DNA of 34,479 nt from Parcubacteria group bacterium (GCA_028286615.1 JAQBRG010000004.1:1-34479); one strand, 5' to 3'; counted from the first letter of the stretch, positions 18,230-29,173 are shown. The notes: generated by a model from the sequence alone, not told the origin. Program-made: numbers and translations.

Positions 18230-19297
18230 TTAGTTTAAGGTTGCCTTGAGCCGTTTGGACTTTTCAACGTCTGCAAGGAATTCGCGTACGGCAGCAGCAA
18301 GCGGTACCGAAAGAAGTACGCCGAGGAAGCCTGCGAGGCTACCGCCAATAATAAGCGCGAGGATAACAAGGAGTGGAGGTATGCCAACGACCTTATTCAC
18401 CACGAGAGGATAGATAAGGTGTGCCTCAAACTGGTTCACAACGAAGAAGAGTCCGGCAACGATGAGCGCGAGGGTAAACCCTCCTGCAGAGAACGCCACG
18501 ACAACACCGAGTACCCCGGCAATGAAGGAGCCAAAGATAGGAATAAGATCGAGGACTGCCGTAAGCACCGCAATCAAGAGCGCGTATGGCACTCCAAGTA
18601 AGAGGAGTCCAAGATACACGATGACACCCACGATAAGCGAGAGGATGAGCTGTCCTTGCATCCACTGCCCTATCTTCTTCTTTGCACGAAGCCAGAGCCC
18701 GATAACGTATGCCTCATGCTTCACCGGCGTTACAAGACGGATGAAGTCATCTACACCTGTCTCTTGAATAGCGAAGTAGAACGAGAGCACCACCACAAGA
18801 AGCAGTGCAAAGATGCCGCCGAAGAATGTGGATACCACGCGCACTACGCCGCCTGAGGTATCTGCGAACGCTGAACGATACGCAAGAATAGTATCGAATA
18901 TAGACTGCGCCTGATTCTCGCTTGCCGTAACCTGGGCACTATCAGCAAATGCACTGAACGAACTTAGTGAACTTGGGAGGTTAAGTGTATTTAGATACTG
19001 CGGTGCTGCAGAGATGAAGTTCTGGGTATCATCGAGTACTGGCGGGAGGAAGAAGTACACCACGCTGAACAAAGAACCAAAGACAGCAATGTACATAAAA
19101 CTCACGGCGGCTGCTCGTGGGAGACGGCGCTTAACGAAGAAATCAACGCCTGGCTCAATTGCTGAGGCTATAACAATGGCCGTAAGCACAAGGAGAGCGA
19201 GGTCTCGAAGCGTCCAGAGCGCGAACGTTAAGGCTGCGATAACGATTATCTTAAGAACGGTACCGGTCGTTATGTTGATTGAGACGTGTTTATCCAT
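18230..19297 (-). CDS. AI-2E (PerM) family transporter
   Basis: Multi-TM; LIPIFG, NQFEAHLIYP, GFLGVLLSVPLAA. Confidence 0.92.
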   Translation of the reverse strand: MDKHVSINITTGTVLKIIVIAALTFALWTLRDLALLVLTAIVIASAIEPGVDFFVKRRLPRAAAVSFMYIAVFGSLFSVVYFFLPPVLDDTQNFISAAPQYLNTLNLPSSLSSFSAFADSAQVTASENQAQSIFDTILAYRSAFADTSGGVVRVVSTFFGGIFALLLVVVLSFYFAIQETGVDDFIRLVTPVKHEAYVIGLWLRAKKKIGQWMQGQLILSLIVGVIVYLGLLLLGVPYALLIAVLTAVLDLIPIFGSFIAGVLGVVVAFSAGGFTLALIVAGLFFVVNQFEAHLIYPLVVNKVVGIPPLLVILALIIGGSLAGFLGVLLSVPLAAAVREFLADVEKSKRLKATLN

Positions 19298-19317
19298 AGG
19301 AAAATACTAGCATTTCT

Positions 19318-20706
19318 TTAGCTTATTGCCTTCTGAAGGCGTTCCGCGACTTCACTGACCGAAAGTCGCTCCTGCTCCCCACTGTCTCGATGCCTGAGCG
19401 TTACCGTGTCTTTGAGTTCAGGATTTTCCCCTAGGGTATCGAAGTCTATGGTTATGCAGAACGGTGTTCCGATCTCATCCTGACGACGGTATCGCTTTCC
19501 AATGTTGCCGTTGTCGTCCCACGCAATTGCAGGATGTACTTTCTGGAGTTCTTTTCGAATCTCCTTCGCTTTCTCAACAAGTTCAGGCTTGTTCTTAAGA
19601 AGCGGCGAGACCATCGCTTTAATAGGAGCAAGAGATGCCGGGAAACGTAGCACTACGCGCTTCTCTCCTCCGAGCTCGTCTTCGTCATACGCTTTCGCAA
19701 GGACAGCGAGTACATGGCGGCCAACACCAAACGTAGGCTCGAGTACGTGCGGAACTGATCTCTCGTTTGATTCAGGGTCTAGGTACTGGAGATCTACACC
19801 GCTTTCACGCATGTGATTGCTAAGGTCAAAGTCTGTGCGATATGCGAGACCTCCGATCTCTTTGTATCCTGTTGGATATTTGAAGTAGAAGTCGGTTGTG
19901 CGCTTTGAATAATGGGCACGGTCTTCTGCAGGCACTTCTACTTCTTTAATATCCTCTGCATCAAATCCAAGCAACGCAAACCATGCGTGCATTTCTTTTC
20001 GCCAGTATTCGAACTTCTCTTCCCAGGTAGCTTCTGCTAGGAAGTATTCAAATTCCATAATCTCAAGTTCGCGGACACGGAAAAGGAATTCGCGTGGCGC
20101 AATCTCATTTCTGAAAGACTTTCCTATCTGCGCAATACCAAACGGAAGCTTGGGGTGGTATGAGTCCTGAATATTCTTAAAGTTAACGAACATACCTTGA
20201 GCTGTTTCTGGACGAAGGTATACGGGAATCTCTTCGCCTTCAATAGAACCAACTGAAGTCTTGAACATCATATTGAACTGTTGCGGTTCAGAGAGCGCGT
20301 TCCCGTCTGGACTCTTAATTCCCTTTTCCTTTATAGCGGCGCCCATCTGCTCAAGAGACATGCCCGTAGGGTCTACGCCAATATCTTCAAGAAGATTATC
20401 TGCGCGGTATCGCTTGTTTGTTTTAAGATCAACAACAAGAGGATCATTAAATCCGCCTACGTGTCCGCTGGTCTCCCAGACCCTCGAGTTCATAAGAATT
20501 GCTGAGTCGATACCGTACATGTCGTCTCGACTCTCTACGAACATACGCCACCACAAATTCTCTATATTCTTCTTGAGCGCTACACCGAGCGGTCCGTAAT
20601 CAAAGGTGCCAGCAAGACCGCCGTATATTTCAGAACCTGGAAACACAAACCCGCGTCGCTTGGCGAGTGCAATGATGGTGTCGAGCGATATAGGGGTGCG
20701 TTCCAT
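19318..20706 (-). CDS. glyQS: glycine--tRNA ligase, alpha2 (eukaryote-like) type
   Basis: KRRGF..P.SEIYGG, YLRPETAQG, FRNEI.PR, IGKRYRRQDEIGTPFC. Confidence 0.97.
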   Translation of the reverse strand: MERTPISLDTIIALAKRRGFVFPGSEIYGGLAGTFDYGPLGVALKKNIENLWWRMFVESRDDMYGIDSAILMNSRVWETSGHVGGFNDPLVVDLKTNKRYRADNLLEDIGVDPTGMSLEQMGAAIKEKGIKSPDGNALSEPQQFNMMFKTSVGSIEGEEIPVYLRPETAQGMFVNFKNIQDSYHPKLPFGIAQIGKSFRNEIAPREFLFRVRELEIMEFEYFLAEATWEEKFEYWRKEMHAWFALLGFDAEDIKEVEVPAEDRAHYSKRTTDFYFKYPTGYKEIGGLAYRTDFDLSNHMRESGVDLQYLDPESNERSVPHVLEPTFGVGRHVLAVLAKAYDEDELGGEKRVVLRFPASLAPIKAMVSPLLKNKPELVEKAKEIRKELQKVHPAIAWDDNGNIGKRYRRQDEIGTPFCITIDFDTLGENPELKDTVTLRHRDSGEQERLSVSEVAERLQKAIS

Positions 20707-20716
20707 AAATAAAAAA

Positions 20717-22573
20717 TTAATTCGTAACTTCGCTATCAACGTTCAGGTCAGGCTGCGCTCCCGTTATAGGCTTGTTAGCAAAAGTGTCGGTTCCTGAGAA
20801 TTGTTGATTGGCGAGCAGTAAAGGACTTGTACCGCGCTGGGAATCGGTTGGCAAGAGCCCTACCTGGAAGGACAGCACCTTTGAAGCACTCACCTCCCCG
20901 GCATTCCAGGTAAGTGTACGGGTGGTGTCGTTGTATTCAAGATTACTGCCAGCAGGACTCATCATTCCTGTGTACCGCACATATGACGGCAATACGGCAG
21001 TTACCTTGGCTCCCTTAACGGTGTTCACGCTATTCCCAAGACTCCACACAACCGTAAAGGTTGTCTCCTGCCCCACTTTCGGAGGAAACGGTCCGGAGTT
21101 CGCAAACGGAGAGGATGTGCGTACCGCCTTGGTATCTAGAGAGAAGTTGGATGCAACAAGCACTGTGCGTGTCATGGTTGAAGTTATGGTCTCAGGCACA
21201 TTAGACTCGCCGATACGTCTGCCCGCCGCTGCGACCGTTATGGTAACCGTTGGATTGGTAAGGGACTTCAGTGCGCCTGCTGACTTAGTTTCAAACGAGA
21301 ACGAGCCGTTGCCGGTGTCTCCGGGCGCTAGATTTGCGAGTGCGGTATCTGTCTCACGATTGAATATGATAGTTGTATCTGCTGATCGGTAGTACCCGCC
21401 GCTTATATGTACGCTATTAGGATCAAGCGCATTTCCTCCGAGCTTTACGGTTATCTGCGCGTCGGTAAGCGAAGTCTGTAGCGTGTTAATCCAAGAAACA
21501 ATTGCGGGAACAACTGCACCAGCTTCAACGGTTGGCCTGTCAGCGGTATTCCTATCAATTGAAAGAGTTGTGGCAAGGAATGGCTTAGTAAGCGTTACGC
21601 TCGCTTCGGCACTCGTGTATGGGACCGAAAGAGATATTGAATCCGCATCTCTGCGCGTGCCGGCTGTGAAGTGAAAGACTCGTTCTTCCCCGTTCTCGCC
21701 TGAGAGTGTGCCTCGTACGGTAATTACCCTCTCCTCTCCAGGAGTAAGTGTTCCTATAGGAATGAGTACGTTTGAGCTGGGTACGGACTGCTCTGTCTTT
21801 ATAAAGCCGCTTGGGTACGCAGGGAGCAACGCCACATCGTTCAGAGCAACCTGCGCATTGGAGCGTATGCGTACCGCGAGTACCAGCTCTTGCCCTGAAG
21901 AAGTTTGCGAAAGCGTTTCAACCGAAAGAGAAACTGGAGAAGAGGTAATGGTTAGTTCGTATGAGGTTTCCTTTACGAATACGGCATTGGAGCCAGGTGT
22001 GTGGTATTCGATGCGGATCGGAAGAACTATCTTGTCATTCTCGTTGCCGAAGAACACCGCGCGTACGGTGCGTTCCGCAGTCGCACCGGGTGCCAGGTCT
22101 CCGAGCGAGTCCATATATCGTTGTGCAGGCATAGTAGGATCGTCACTTGAGCGCGCACTGTCGGGAAACTCAACGCTTAGGGTTGGGTTTGTCATAACGG
22201 CCGGATTGTCGTTCTTCACGCTAATCTGCAAAGACACGCTGTCTCCGCTTCCAATAGCAACTCCGCCAGACACATCAACAAGCACGTGTTCAGTTGAAAT
22301 CGAGCGGCCTCCGAAGAAGATTAAAGCTGCAGCAACGAGTGCGGCGAGAACAAAAAAGACCGCAGCACCTCCCAGGAATAGGACAGAGACAGGATATTTC
22401 TTGAGATGCACATGGAGCGGTACCTTGGGTGTTTCCCAAAGGTTGGGCAAGGGCGTGGTGTTCTCTGCGACGTTCTCAACCGTAAAGGCTTGTGGCTGCT
22501 TGTTCGAGTAGAGGCTGTTTCGCAAACGTTCAAGAGAACTCGCTTCTTCGTTGTCTGGAGGAGTTGGAGGCAT
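20717..22573 (-). CDS. single-TM protein with tandem DUF11/Ig-like domains
   Basis: One TM helix, then repeated LGDLAPG / IGTLTPG / LANLAPG / WNAGEV beta-sandwich units. Confidence 0.75.
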   Translation of the reverse strand: MPPTPPDNEEASSLERLRNSLYSNKQPQAFTVENVAENTTPLPNLWETPKVPLHVHLKKYPVSVLFLGGAAVFFVLAALVAAALIFFGGRSISTEHVLVDVSGGVAIGSGDSVSLQISVKNDNPAVMTNPTLSVEFPDSARSSDDPTMPAQRYMDSLGDLAPGATAERTVRAVFFGNENDKIVLPIRIEYHTPGSNAVFVKETSYELTITSSPVSLSVETLSQTSSGQELVLAVRIRSNAQVALNDVALLPAYPSGFIKTEQSVPSSNVLIPIGTLTPGEERVITVRGTLSGENGEERVFHFTAGTRRDADSISLSVPYTSAEASVTLTKPFLATTLSIDRNTADRPTVEAGAVVPAIVSWINTLQTSLTDAQITVKLGGNALDPNSVHISGGYYRSADTTIIFNRETDTALANLAPGDTGNGSFSFETKSAGALKSLTNPTVTITVAAAGRRIGESNVPETITSTMTRTVLVASNFSLDTKAVRTSSPFANSGPFPPKVGQETTFTVVWSLGNSVNTVKGAKVTAVLPSYVRYTGMMSPAGSNLEYNDTTRTLTWNAGEVSASKVLSFQVGLLPTDSQRGTSPLLLANQQFSGTDTFANKPITGAQPDLNVDSEVTN

Positions 22574-22585
22574 GGAGCCAGTATA

Positions 22586-23149
22586 TCAAAGCCCAGAGGC
22601 AACGATGCCTCGATTAATACGTCCTACGATATCTCGGCGTTCCTCAGGAGAGAGCGCGAGTGCTTCTGGCTTGTACCCTTCCCCAGCAAGAACAGGGCCC
22701 GCATCAAGACCAAGCACGTTTAACACGCGGAGAGCAGCAATACATTCAGCAGCATCTTGTTCCTCAGGAGAGAGAGATGGAAGTGCGATAAGAAGTCCGC
22801 GCACGATATCAAAAAGAATAGGGTCCGTCTGCTCCCCGTGCACCAGGCGAAGCAAGAGTCCCGCGATACGTCCAGCACGTAAACGAACTTCGGGAGCTAG
22901 AGATGCGAAATGATTCTCAACGAGAACCGCGCCAGACAATCTCCATCCATCTTTTCCGCGAAGAAGTATAACGTCAGACTCTGAGAATGTTTGGAGTGCG
23001 TGAGCAAGTTTTGAGCCAGGCTTTCTAAGGCCTTCTGCGCGAGCGCGAACTAACCCGAGGTCTGGTGTTAAAAGAAATACGAGCACACCAGCCTCGCGCA
23101 CCGAAGCGCGTCCAAGTACTAGTGCTCTTGTTGCGTAGTTATGCCGCAT
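22586..23149 (-). CDS. recO: DNA repair protein RecO (short CPR-type)
   Basis: [12 protein letters not shown]...[25 protein letters not shown] fold; LNVLG in the helical domain; start overlaps the ileS end. Confidence 0.85.
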   Translation of the reverse strand: MRHNYATRALVLGRASVREAGVLVFLLTPDLGLVRARAEGLRKPGSKLAHALQTFSESDVILLRGKDGWRLSGAVLVENHFASLAPEVRLRAGRIAGLLLRLVHGEQTDPILFDIVRGLLIALPSLSPEEQDAAECIAALRVLNVLGLDAGPVLAGEGYKPEALALSPEERRDIVGRINRGIVASGL

Positions 23150-26100
23150 CGCGCACGAGCGAGAAGCGCACGGAACCTGTAGAAAGTTCTGCGCTGTATA
23201 CGCCATCTTCGCGCTTTTCGACCTTAACCACGTCTCTAGGCGAGAACCCTTCTGTCTTGCGCGCTTCTGCAACAGCTCGCTGGAATGCACGCTCGTCTCC
23301 TTCGGCAACAAGAGTTGGCGTGAGTTCTGTATCAAGCACCATCTCTGCCGCGTTCTGTTTGATTTCTTTTACGTTCACCTCGTCTGCGAGAATTGCAGCA
23401 AGTTCTGAAGGAAGAGTTCCTGGTATGGAGAGAGACGCAAGAGGTTGGCGTACTTTTATAACAGCCTTCTGACGAAGCATGAGTGCGCCTGACACAAGTT
23501 CACGCACCTTCGCCATGTCGGTGATTAGCGCATCTTCTTTCTTTTGTGCACCAAGAAGATTCCCAACGAATGAAGTCTTTACTTCAGGCCAGGATGCAAG
23601 ATGTACGCTTTCTGGATCATGAGACTCTTTTACAAGTTGGTATACGTTTTCCGCAATGAATGGAGCAAATGGAGCAAGCAAGAGTGCTGAGGTACGGAGT
23701 GTCTCCTGGAGTGTTGTTAATGCTGCTGCATCACCCGCGCGAGCGCGGTCTCGGATACTTCGTACGTACCACTGCGACAGGTCTTCAATTAAGCGGCCGA
23801 TTGCACGCGTTGCGTCATAGAGCTGGTACGCATCCAACGCTTCAGTTACTTCCCTCACAGCAAGGTTCGTGCGTGCTTTCATCCACGTATCAATTATCTG
23901 TTCCTCTCCCTTGCTCTTCCCTTCTGTCTTAAAGAGTTCGTAGAACTTCGCACTGTTATCAAGCCATGAGATTACACGCGCTGCTTCTTTAACAGTCTTC
24001 TCATCAAAACTCTTTGAGTCCCCTGGCTGATTAACGCTGTACATCCAGTAGCGAAGAGTATCAACGCCGTACTGCTCAATTGCTACCCATGGGTCTATTA
24101 CGTTGCCCTTAGACTTCGACATCTTCTGACCGTTTCCATCAAGCAAGTGTCCGAGGCAAATAACGTTCTTGTACGGCGTACCACGCTCCATAAGAGTGCC
24201 AACCGCTTGGAGGGTGTAGAACCAGCCACGTGTTTGGTCTATAGCTTCTGAAATAAAGTCTGCTGGGTATCCAGAGTGTTCAACCTCTCTCTTGTGCTCG
24301 AAAGGATAATGGTCCTGCGCAAACGGCATGGCACCTGAGTCAAACCAGACGTCCATAACTTCAGATACACGTTTAAGTTCTGTTCCGGAATCAGATACAA
24401 GTACTACGTCATCTATGTAAGGACGATGCAGATCGAGTTCGTAATCGTCATTGTGTGGAAGAGGAACGAATTCAAATTCAAGGAAGCTTGCGTACCCGGG
24501 CGTAAAGCTATCGAGTACCAATCTTCCCTCCTTCTTATCGTTTCCTTTTGTAAAAGCCAGGAAAGATTCTTGTGCTACGCCGTGCGATACCACCAATATC
24601 TTTGCATCTTTGTTTGCTGCGTCTACTTCATAGGCAAAAGATGCAAAACGATTCTTAGCGTCAAAATAGCTTTCGCCTCCAGGAAGCTTCTGGTCGTATG
24701 CTGACAGCTTACCGTTACGGTATTCAACAAGCTTTGCGAAAGGCTGCTCATCAAGTTCTCCAAAGTTAAGTTCGCCGAGTCTTTCATCAACCACGATTGA
24801 GTTCTTGGGCAGACCGAGTACTTCTGCGGTTATCTCGGCAGTCTCTTTCGCGCGACGAAATGGCGAAGAATACACTAGAGTTATTCCCTTGCCCTTTAAA
24901 TTTTCTGCAGAAGCACGTGCCTGTTCCTTCCCCGCTTCAGTTAATCCGTACTTATCAAAGTCACAGCAACTAAGCACGTTCTTTATATTATGCTCTGCTT
25001 CTCCGTGCCGCATTACGAGAAATGTATTTCCGTTTCGCTTGATGCGAGCTGTGAGTTCTTCAATGGAACCTATTGTTACCCGCTCGGTACCATCGCTGTT
25101 CTGCCACACTGGAAGCGGCGTGCCCCAGTACCTCTCACGGCTAATAGCCCAGTCTTTCGCGTTTGCGAGCCATTCGCCCATACGTCCATCTCGTATATGA
25201 GACGGCTCCCAGTTAACCTTAGCGTTCTCAGCAAGCAAAGTTGGACGTAAATCCTGCATGCGTATGTACCAAGAGTCTCGTGCGTAATAAATGAGAGGAG
25301 TCTTGCAGCGCCAACAGAACGGGTAGCTGTGGAGATAGTTCTCCTTTGCGAAGAAGAGTCCACGTTCCTGCAGATCTTTTAAGATATCAACGGCTACGTC
25401 GGCGTCTTTAACAAAGCGTCCTTCAAGAAAGGTTGTGCCCGGAATGAACTTTCCGTCAGGGCCAACAAGGTGCACCTTGGGCAAACCAACCTGCTGTCCG
25501 AGTTCAAAGTCTTCCTGTCCGTACATAACGGCAGTGTGCACGATACCGGTACCGTCTTCTGTTGTTACGAATGACGCAGGATATACGTGAAATGCTTTAT
25601 CGAACTTTGCTTTCTCTGTGTCGTTTGCGAGTTCCTTAGCATATGGATAAAGAGGTTTGTACTCCTTCCCAATTAAAGTGCTGCCGAGAAACTCTTCTTC
25701 AAGAGCCCAGCCTTCTTCAAGAACAGTTGTTGCGCGACTTGTAGCAAGGATGACTTTCTCTCCATCCTTTGCGTATCGTCCGTATGAAATCTTTTCTCCA
25801 ACAGCGAGCCCAACGTTTCCAGGGAGCGTCCAAGGGGTTGTTGTCCACGCAAGGAAGTACGTACCAGGCTCGTCTTTCAGCTCAAACTTCGTTGTGAGAG
25901 AAAGATCTTTTACATCTGCGTATCCTTGTGCAAGTTCGTGTGAGGAGAGTGCGGTACCGCAACGCGCACACCACGGCACCACCTTGTAGTCTTTAAAGAG
26001 ACGTCCGTCGTCTGACACCTTTTTCATGATGTTCCAGACAGACTCCATGTAGTTCTTATCAAACGTAAAGTACGCCTTCTCTTGGTCTACCCAGTACCCA

Positions 26101-26477
26101 ATGCGATCCGTAAATCGAGTCCATTCATCGATGTACTTCATGACGCTCTCACGGCACTTCTTGTTGAAGGCTGCTATGCCGTACACCTCAATGTCTTTCT
26201 TTCCCTTGAAGCCAAGATCTTTCTCAACCTCAAGCTCCACAGGAAGACCGTGCGTGTCCCAGCCAGCACGTCGAGGTACACGATATCCGCGCATGGTCTT
26301 GTATCGAGGAAGCGCGTCCTTAAAAGAGCGTGATTCTATATGGTGTACACCGGGACGGCCGTTAGCTGTTGGAGGACCTTCATAGAATACAAAGTCGCCC
26401 TTAGGAGCCGCCTTCTTAAGCGACTTCTCAAAGATGTGATTCTCTTTCCAAAAAGCCAGTATCTCTTCCTCGGTCAT
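23139..26477 (-). CDS. ileS: isoleucine--tRNA ligase (type 2) with an inserted histidine-phosphatase domain
   Basis: [59 protein letters not shown]; RHGE...SHG insert. Confidence 0.97.
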   Translation of the reverse strand: MTEEEILAFWKENHIFEKSLKKAAPKGDFVFYEGPPTANGRPGVHHIESRSFKDALPRYKTMRGYRVPRRAGWDTHGLPVELEVEKDLGFKGKKDIEVYGIAAFNKKCRESVMKYIDEWTRFTDRIGYWVDQEKAYFTFDKNYMESVWNIMKKVSDDGRLFKDYKVVPWCARCGTALSSHELAQGYADVKDLSLTTKFELKDEPGTYFLAWTTTPWTLPGNVGLAVGEKISYGRYAKDGEKVILATSRATTVLEEGWALEEEFLGSTLIGKEYKPLYPYAKELANDTEKAKFDKAFHVYPASFVTTEDGTGIVHTAVMYGQEDFELGQQVGLPKVHLVGPDGKFIPGTTFLEGRFVKDADVAVDILKDLQERGLFFAKENYLHSYPFCWRCKTPLIYYARDSWYIRMQDLRPTLLAENAKVNWEPSHIRDGRMGEWLANAKDWAISRERYWGTPLPVWQNSDGTERVTIGSIEELTARIKRNGNTFLVMRHGEAEHNIKNVLSCCDFDKYGLTEAGKEQARASAENLKGKGITLVYSSPFRRAKETAEITAEVLGLPKNSIVVDERLGELNFGELDEQPFAKLVEYRNGKLSAYDQKLPGGESYFDAKNRFASFAYEVDAANKDAKILVVSHGVAQESFLAFTKGNDKKEGRLVLDSFTPGYASFLEFEFVPLPHNDDYELDLHRPYIDDVVLVSDSGTELKRVSEVMDVWFDSGAMPFAQDHYPFEHKREVEHSGYPADFISEAIDQTRGWFYTLQAVGTLMERGTPYKNVICLGHLLDGNGQKMSKSKGNVIDPWVAIEQYGVDTLRYWMYSVNQPGDSKSFDEKTVKEAARVISWLDNSAKFYELFKTEGKSKGEEQIIDTWMKARTNLAVREVTEALDAYQLYDATRAIGRLIEDLSQWYVRSIRDRARAGDAAALTTLQETLRTSALLLAPFAPFIAENVYQLVKESHDPESVHLASWPEVKTSFVGNLLGAQKKEDALITDMAKVRELVSGALMLRQKAVIKVRQPLASLSIPGTLPSELAAILADEVNVKEIKQNAAEMVLDTELTPTLVAEGDERAFQRAVAEARKTEGFSPRDVVKVEKREDGVYSAELSTGSVRFSLVRDAA

Positions 26478-26506
26478 GATTTCTTTATCCTATCGTTTTG
26501 CGTATG

Positions 26507-26543
26507 AAAAAGGAAACGGCCGACACCCAATGAGTGCCGGCCG
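26507..26543 (-). terminator. intrinsic terminator upstream of ileS
   Basis: Minus strand CGGCCGGCAC-tcattgg-GTGTCGGCCG-TTTCCTTTTT. Confidence 0.8.
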
Positions 26544-26568
26544 AGATTCTGCAGAGCTTTGAGCCCAG

Positions 26569-26841
26569 TTAGGTTGGGAGCGTCTTTGCACCGGTAGCGA
26601 TCAGGTGTTCGAGATATTCCCGCATCCAGTCCACGACCTTCTTGGCGCGCTTCCAGACATCATACGCCTTGCGCACCTGCTCGCTATCGTGCTTCTTGAA
26701 CTTCCAGCTGTAGGCCTTGCGGAAGAGATGCATGGCGCTCACGCTGAAAGCCTTGATCGCTTCCTTGACCTGGGCGGCGGCGCTTTTGACCGGAACGTTT
26801 TCACGGACGGGTTGCCTCTTGTACTTATAGCGTTTAGTCAA
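26569..26841 (-). CDS. basic helical hypothetical protein (90 aa)
   Basis: GGGGAGAG SD-like sequence before a TTG start; GC3-rich coding pattern; followed by a terminator. Confidence 0.6.
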   Translation of the reverse strand: MTKRYKYKRQPVRENVPVKSAAAQVKEAIKAFSVSAMHLFRKAYSWKFKKHDSEQVRKAYDVWKRAKKVVDWMREYLEHLIATGAKTLPT

Positions 26842-26985
26842 AGCTCTCTCCCCAAATATCTATGGCTCCCGGATTGGAGCCAAGTGCAACCTTATCGCGC
26901 CCACACAACACAAGCAAGCAAATCTTTGTATATAAAGGTGATGGCCAGCAACGAGAAGTCTCGCTGCTGGCCACAGGTGCGGGTG

Positions 26986-27213
26986 CTAGCCGCTGATTCG
27001 GAAGTTGGCGAGCTTGTTGGCGCGGTTCGCGCTTTCCAAGATTTTCGGCTTAGGCGCATGGCTGCCGATGGCGTCGACCATGGCCAGCTTTCGCGCGCCA
27101 TCTCCATCATGCTGCGGAGCGGTATCGAATCGGCGCCCTTTCGAACGAACGCGTTGAGGGTTGTCACTCAAAAGATCTTCCTCCCACTTAAAATGCCGCG
27201 GGTGTCGCGGCAC
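26986..27213 (-). CDS. hypothetical protein (75 aa), possibly leaderless
   Basis: TTGCGA-16-TAGAGT-6-GTG matches the leaderless promoter pattern seen elsewhere in the window. Confidence 0.45.
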   Translation of the reverse strand: MPRHPRHFKWEEDLLSDNPQRVRSKGRRFDTAPQHDGDGARKLAMVDAIGSHAPKPKILESANRANKLANFRISG

Positions 27214-27251
27214 TTCAGTACTCTACAATACTTTGTATAATTCGCAACTAA

Positions 27252-28898
27252 TTACATCCTCTCGGGTGTGGGTATCCCAAGCAAACGAAGTCCGTTTGTC
27301 ATTGTGTTAACAAACGCTTCTGCGAGTCGAAGCTTGTATGTTTCATGATCGCCTCCAATTACGCGTTCCTGTGCGTAGAAAGAGTTCCATTCGCTCGCAA
27401 GCTGTGTGAGGTACTGAGCAATAACATGTGGCGCGCTAAGTGCTTCTGCTTTAGCAATAATTCCTGGGAAGCGAGTTATGAGTCTCTCAATGTCGTATGG
27501 AGTTGCCGGAGTACTTTCATCCTTAGACTCAGGTTCTTTTGCAAGAACTGCCTTTGCACGAACGAGGGCATACTGAAGATATGGTCCTGAATCTCCTTCT
27601 AGAGAAAGAGATTTCTCAAAATCAAAAATTATATCTGAGCCAGCTGATTGTTTAAGTATTGAGTATTTAATTGCTCCCATAGCAACTTGCTCAGCAACAA
27701 GTGGGTCTTCGTTACGCTCTAGCGTCTTTTCAATAACATCCTTTATGAGTGAGGCGGCGGTAACAACGTTTCCTTCTCGAGAGGACATCTTTCCGCTTGA
27801 TAGACGGAGGAAGCCGTGCGGAACGTGCGTAGTCTTTGCTGCGAGCGCTGGCGCGATATCTTCAAGCGCAGCAAGGAATACTTGGAAGTGCCCTATCTGC
27901 TCTGCTGCTGTAATAATTATAGAAACATCTGATGGCCAGCGTTCTTCTTTAAGGAATGCGAGTCCTATATCTTTTGCTTCGTATGTAGGAGTACCACGAG
28001 AGGTTATGAACACGAGCGTATGCAGGCCTTTATTCTCTCCTTTATAGATAATTGCTCCTTCGCTCTCTTCAAAGATTCCCTTTGCAAGGCCTTCGCGTAC
28101 TTTTTCAGTACCGATGCCAGCAGTCTCGCTTTCGAAGAACAGGTAATCAAAATGCGTATCAAGAAGTCTGTAGAGATCTTTGAAGGCATCTATAGAGACA
28201 TCGCGTCCCTTGCGCCACAGCTCCATGAGTTCGTGGTCTGTGCCTTCGTATATGGCAGTGTTAAGTGCGTCTATTTCTGCTTTTATCTTTTCAGACTCTT
28301 CGTATGCACGAGAACCGTGCGCATACGCCTTTCCTATTTCTTCAGCTGTTGCTGGTTCAGATATGCCAGCATCTCGAAGTCCCCACAAGGCTTTGGCCAC
28401 ATGCGGACCCACATCGCCTCCGTATGAGTCGCGGCACACATTGGCTCCCTGGTATTCAGTTATGCGTGCAAGAGATTCTCCAATGATGGTGCTCATCAAG
28501 TGACCGATGTGCATTTCTTTAAACGCGTTCGTGTTTGAGAACTCAATGATTACTCGCTTGCCTTCGTGCAGAGTTCCCTTTCCCCATCCTTCTACATCTA
28601 ATACAGCTCGTTCAATTACTTCTGTAATTGCATGGGGCGCGAGCGTTATGTTAACGAACCCAGGACCAGCGGGCGTAACTGAGGTTGCGCTGTCTCCTAG
28701 AGTTTCTTTTATGCGCGCGGCTAAATCTTCCGCTAACTCTCGAGGATTCTTTCCAAGTTGTTTAGCAGCTGCCATAGCAGCATTCGTAGCGAAGTCTCCG
28801 TGTACCAACTCTCCTGGCCACTCAACAACAAAGGGTGCCTCGCCTGCTCCCAGGTCTTCGAGGGCCTTTTGTACTGCTTCACGAATCTGTCTCTCCAT
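27252..28898 (-). CDS. argS: arginine--tRNA ligase
   Basis: GDFATN, GPGFVN, MHIGHL, KMSSREG, GDSGPYLQYA. Confidence 0.98.
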   Translation of the reverse strand: MERQIREAVQKALEDLGAGEAPFVVEWPGELVHGDFATNAAMAAAKQLGKNPRELAEDLAARIKETLGDSATSVTPAGPGFVNITLAPHAITEVIERAVLDVEGWGKGTLHEGKRVIIEFSNTNAFKEMHIGHLMSTIIGESLARITEYQGANVCRDSYGGDVGPHVAKALWGLRDAGISEPATAEEIGKAYAHGSRAYEESEKIKAEIDALNTAIYEGTDHELMELWRKGRDVSIDAFKDLYRLLDTHFDYLFFESETAGIGTEKVREGLAKGIFEESEGAIIYKGENKGLHTLVFITSRGTPTYEAKDIGLAFLKEERWPSDVSIIITAAEQIGHFQVFLAALEDIAPALAAKTTHVPHGFLRLSSGKMSSREGNVVTAASLIKDVIEKTLERNEDPLVAEQVAMGAIKYSILKQSAGSDIIFDFEKSLSLEGDSGPYLQYALVRAKAVLAKEPESKDESTPATPYDIERLITRFPGIIAKAEALSAPHVIAQYLTQLASEWNSFYAQERVIGGDHETYKLRLAEAFVNTMTNGLRLLGIPTPERM

Positions 28899-28916
28899 GG
28901 GGCGAGTGTAGCAAGA

Positions 28917-28946
28917 AAACCCGCCACCTCGAAGGGTGGCGGGTTT
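28917..28946. terminator. intrinsic terminator
   Basis: AAACCCGCCACC-tcgaag-GGTGGCGGGTTT. Confidence 0.85.
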
Positions 28947-28955
28947 ATCTTCTAA

Positions 28956-29057
28956 CTACATATTCTGAGCAAAGGCGAACATGAGGCTTCCGGCGATAAC
29001 AATTCCGACCGCCATCACGACCGCTGATTCAAGTGCTGCTTGTGCAAGTTTGGTCAT
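28956..29057 (-). CDS. 33-aa small membrane protein
   Basis: MTKLAQAALESAVVMAVGIVIAGSLMFAFAQNM; single TM; flanked by terminators. Confidence 0.55.
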   Translation of the reverse strand: MTKLAQAALESAVVMAVGIVIAGSLMFAFAQNM

Positions 29058-29146
29058 ACGCGAGAAGTGAGCTGATAGTGACTGTCCCAAATAATATACG
29101 AATAGATACATGAGGAGTCTGTGAGCGTATGAGAATGGAAACAATA

Positions 29147-29170
29147 AAGGGCGGTCAGTTGACCGCCCTT
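29147..29170. terminator. terminator hairpin
   Basis: AAGGGCGGTCA-gt-TGACCGCCCTT. Confidence 0.75.
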
Positions 29171-29173
29171 AGG

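Noticed and set aside
20808-22913. Long plus-strand ORFs, and similar antisense ORFs across the window (e.g. 2465-2929, 9930-10565, 13605-14132)
   Set aside because: They are shadows of well-supported genes on the opposite strand or frame
23150-23335. Extended N-termini from the ORF track (recO, also 5332, 7352, 20739, 29880, 31082, 33309)
   Set aside because: They overlap neighbouring genes, promoters or RNA elements; downstream ATGs fit the homologous starts and -10 spacing
24470-25030. Intein in IleRS
   Set aside because: No N-terminal Cys/Ser block, C-terminal His-Asn or LAGLIDADG motif; the insert is a phosphatase fold
26478-26570. Possible T-box leader before ileS
   Set aside because: A terminator is present but there is no UGGNACC T-box or stem I; the hairpin ends the upstream ORF, and ileS has its own TAGGAT -10
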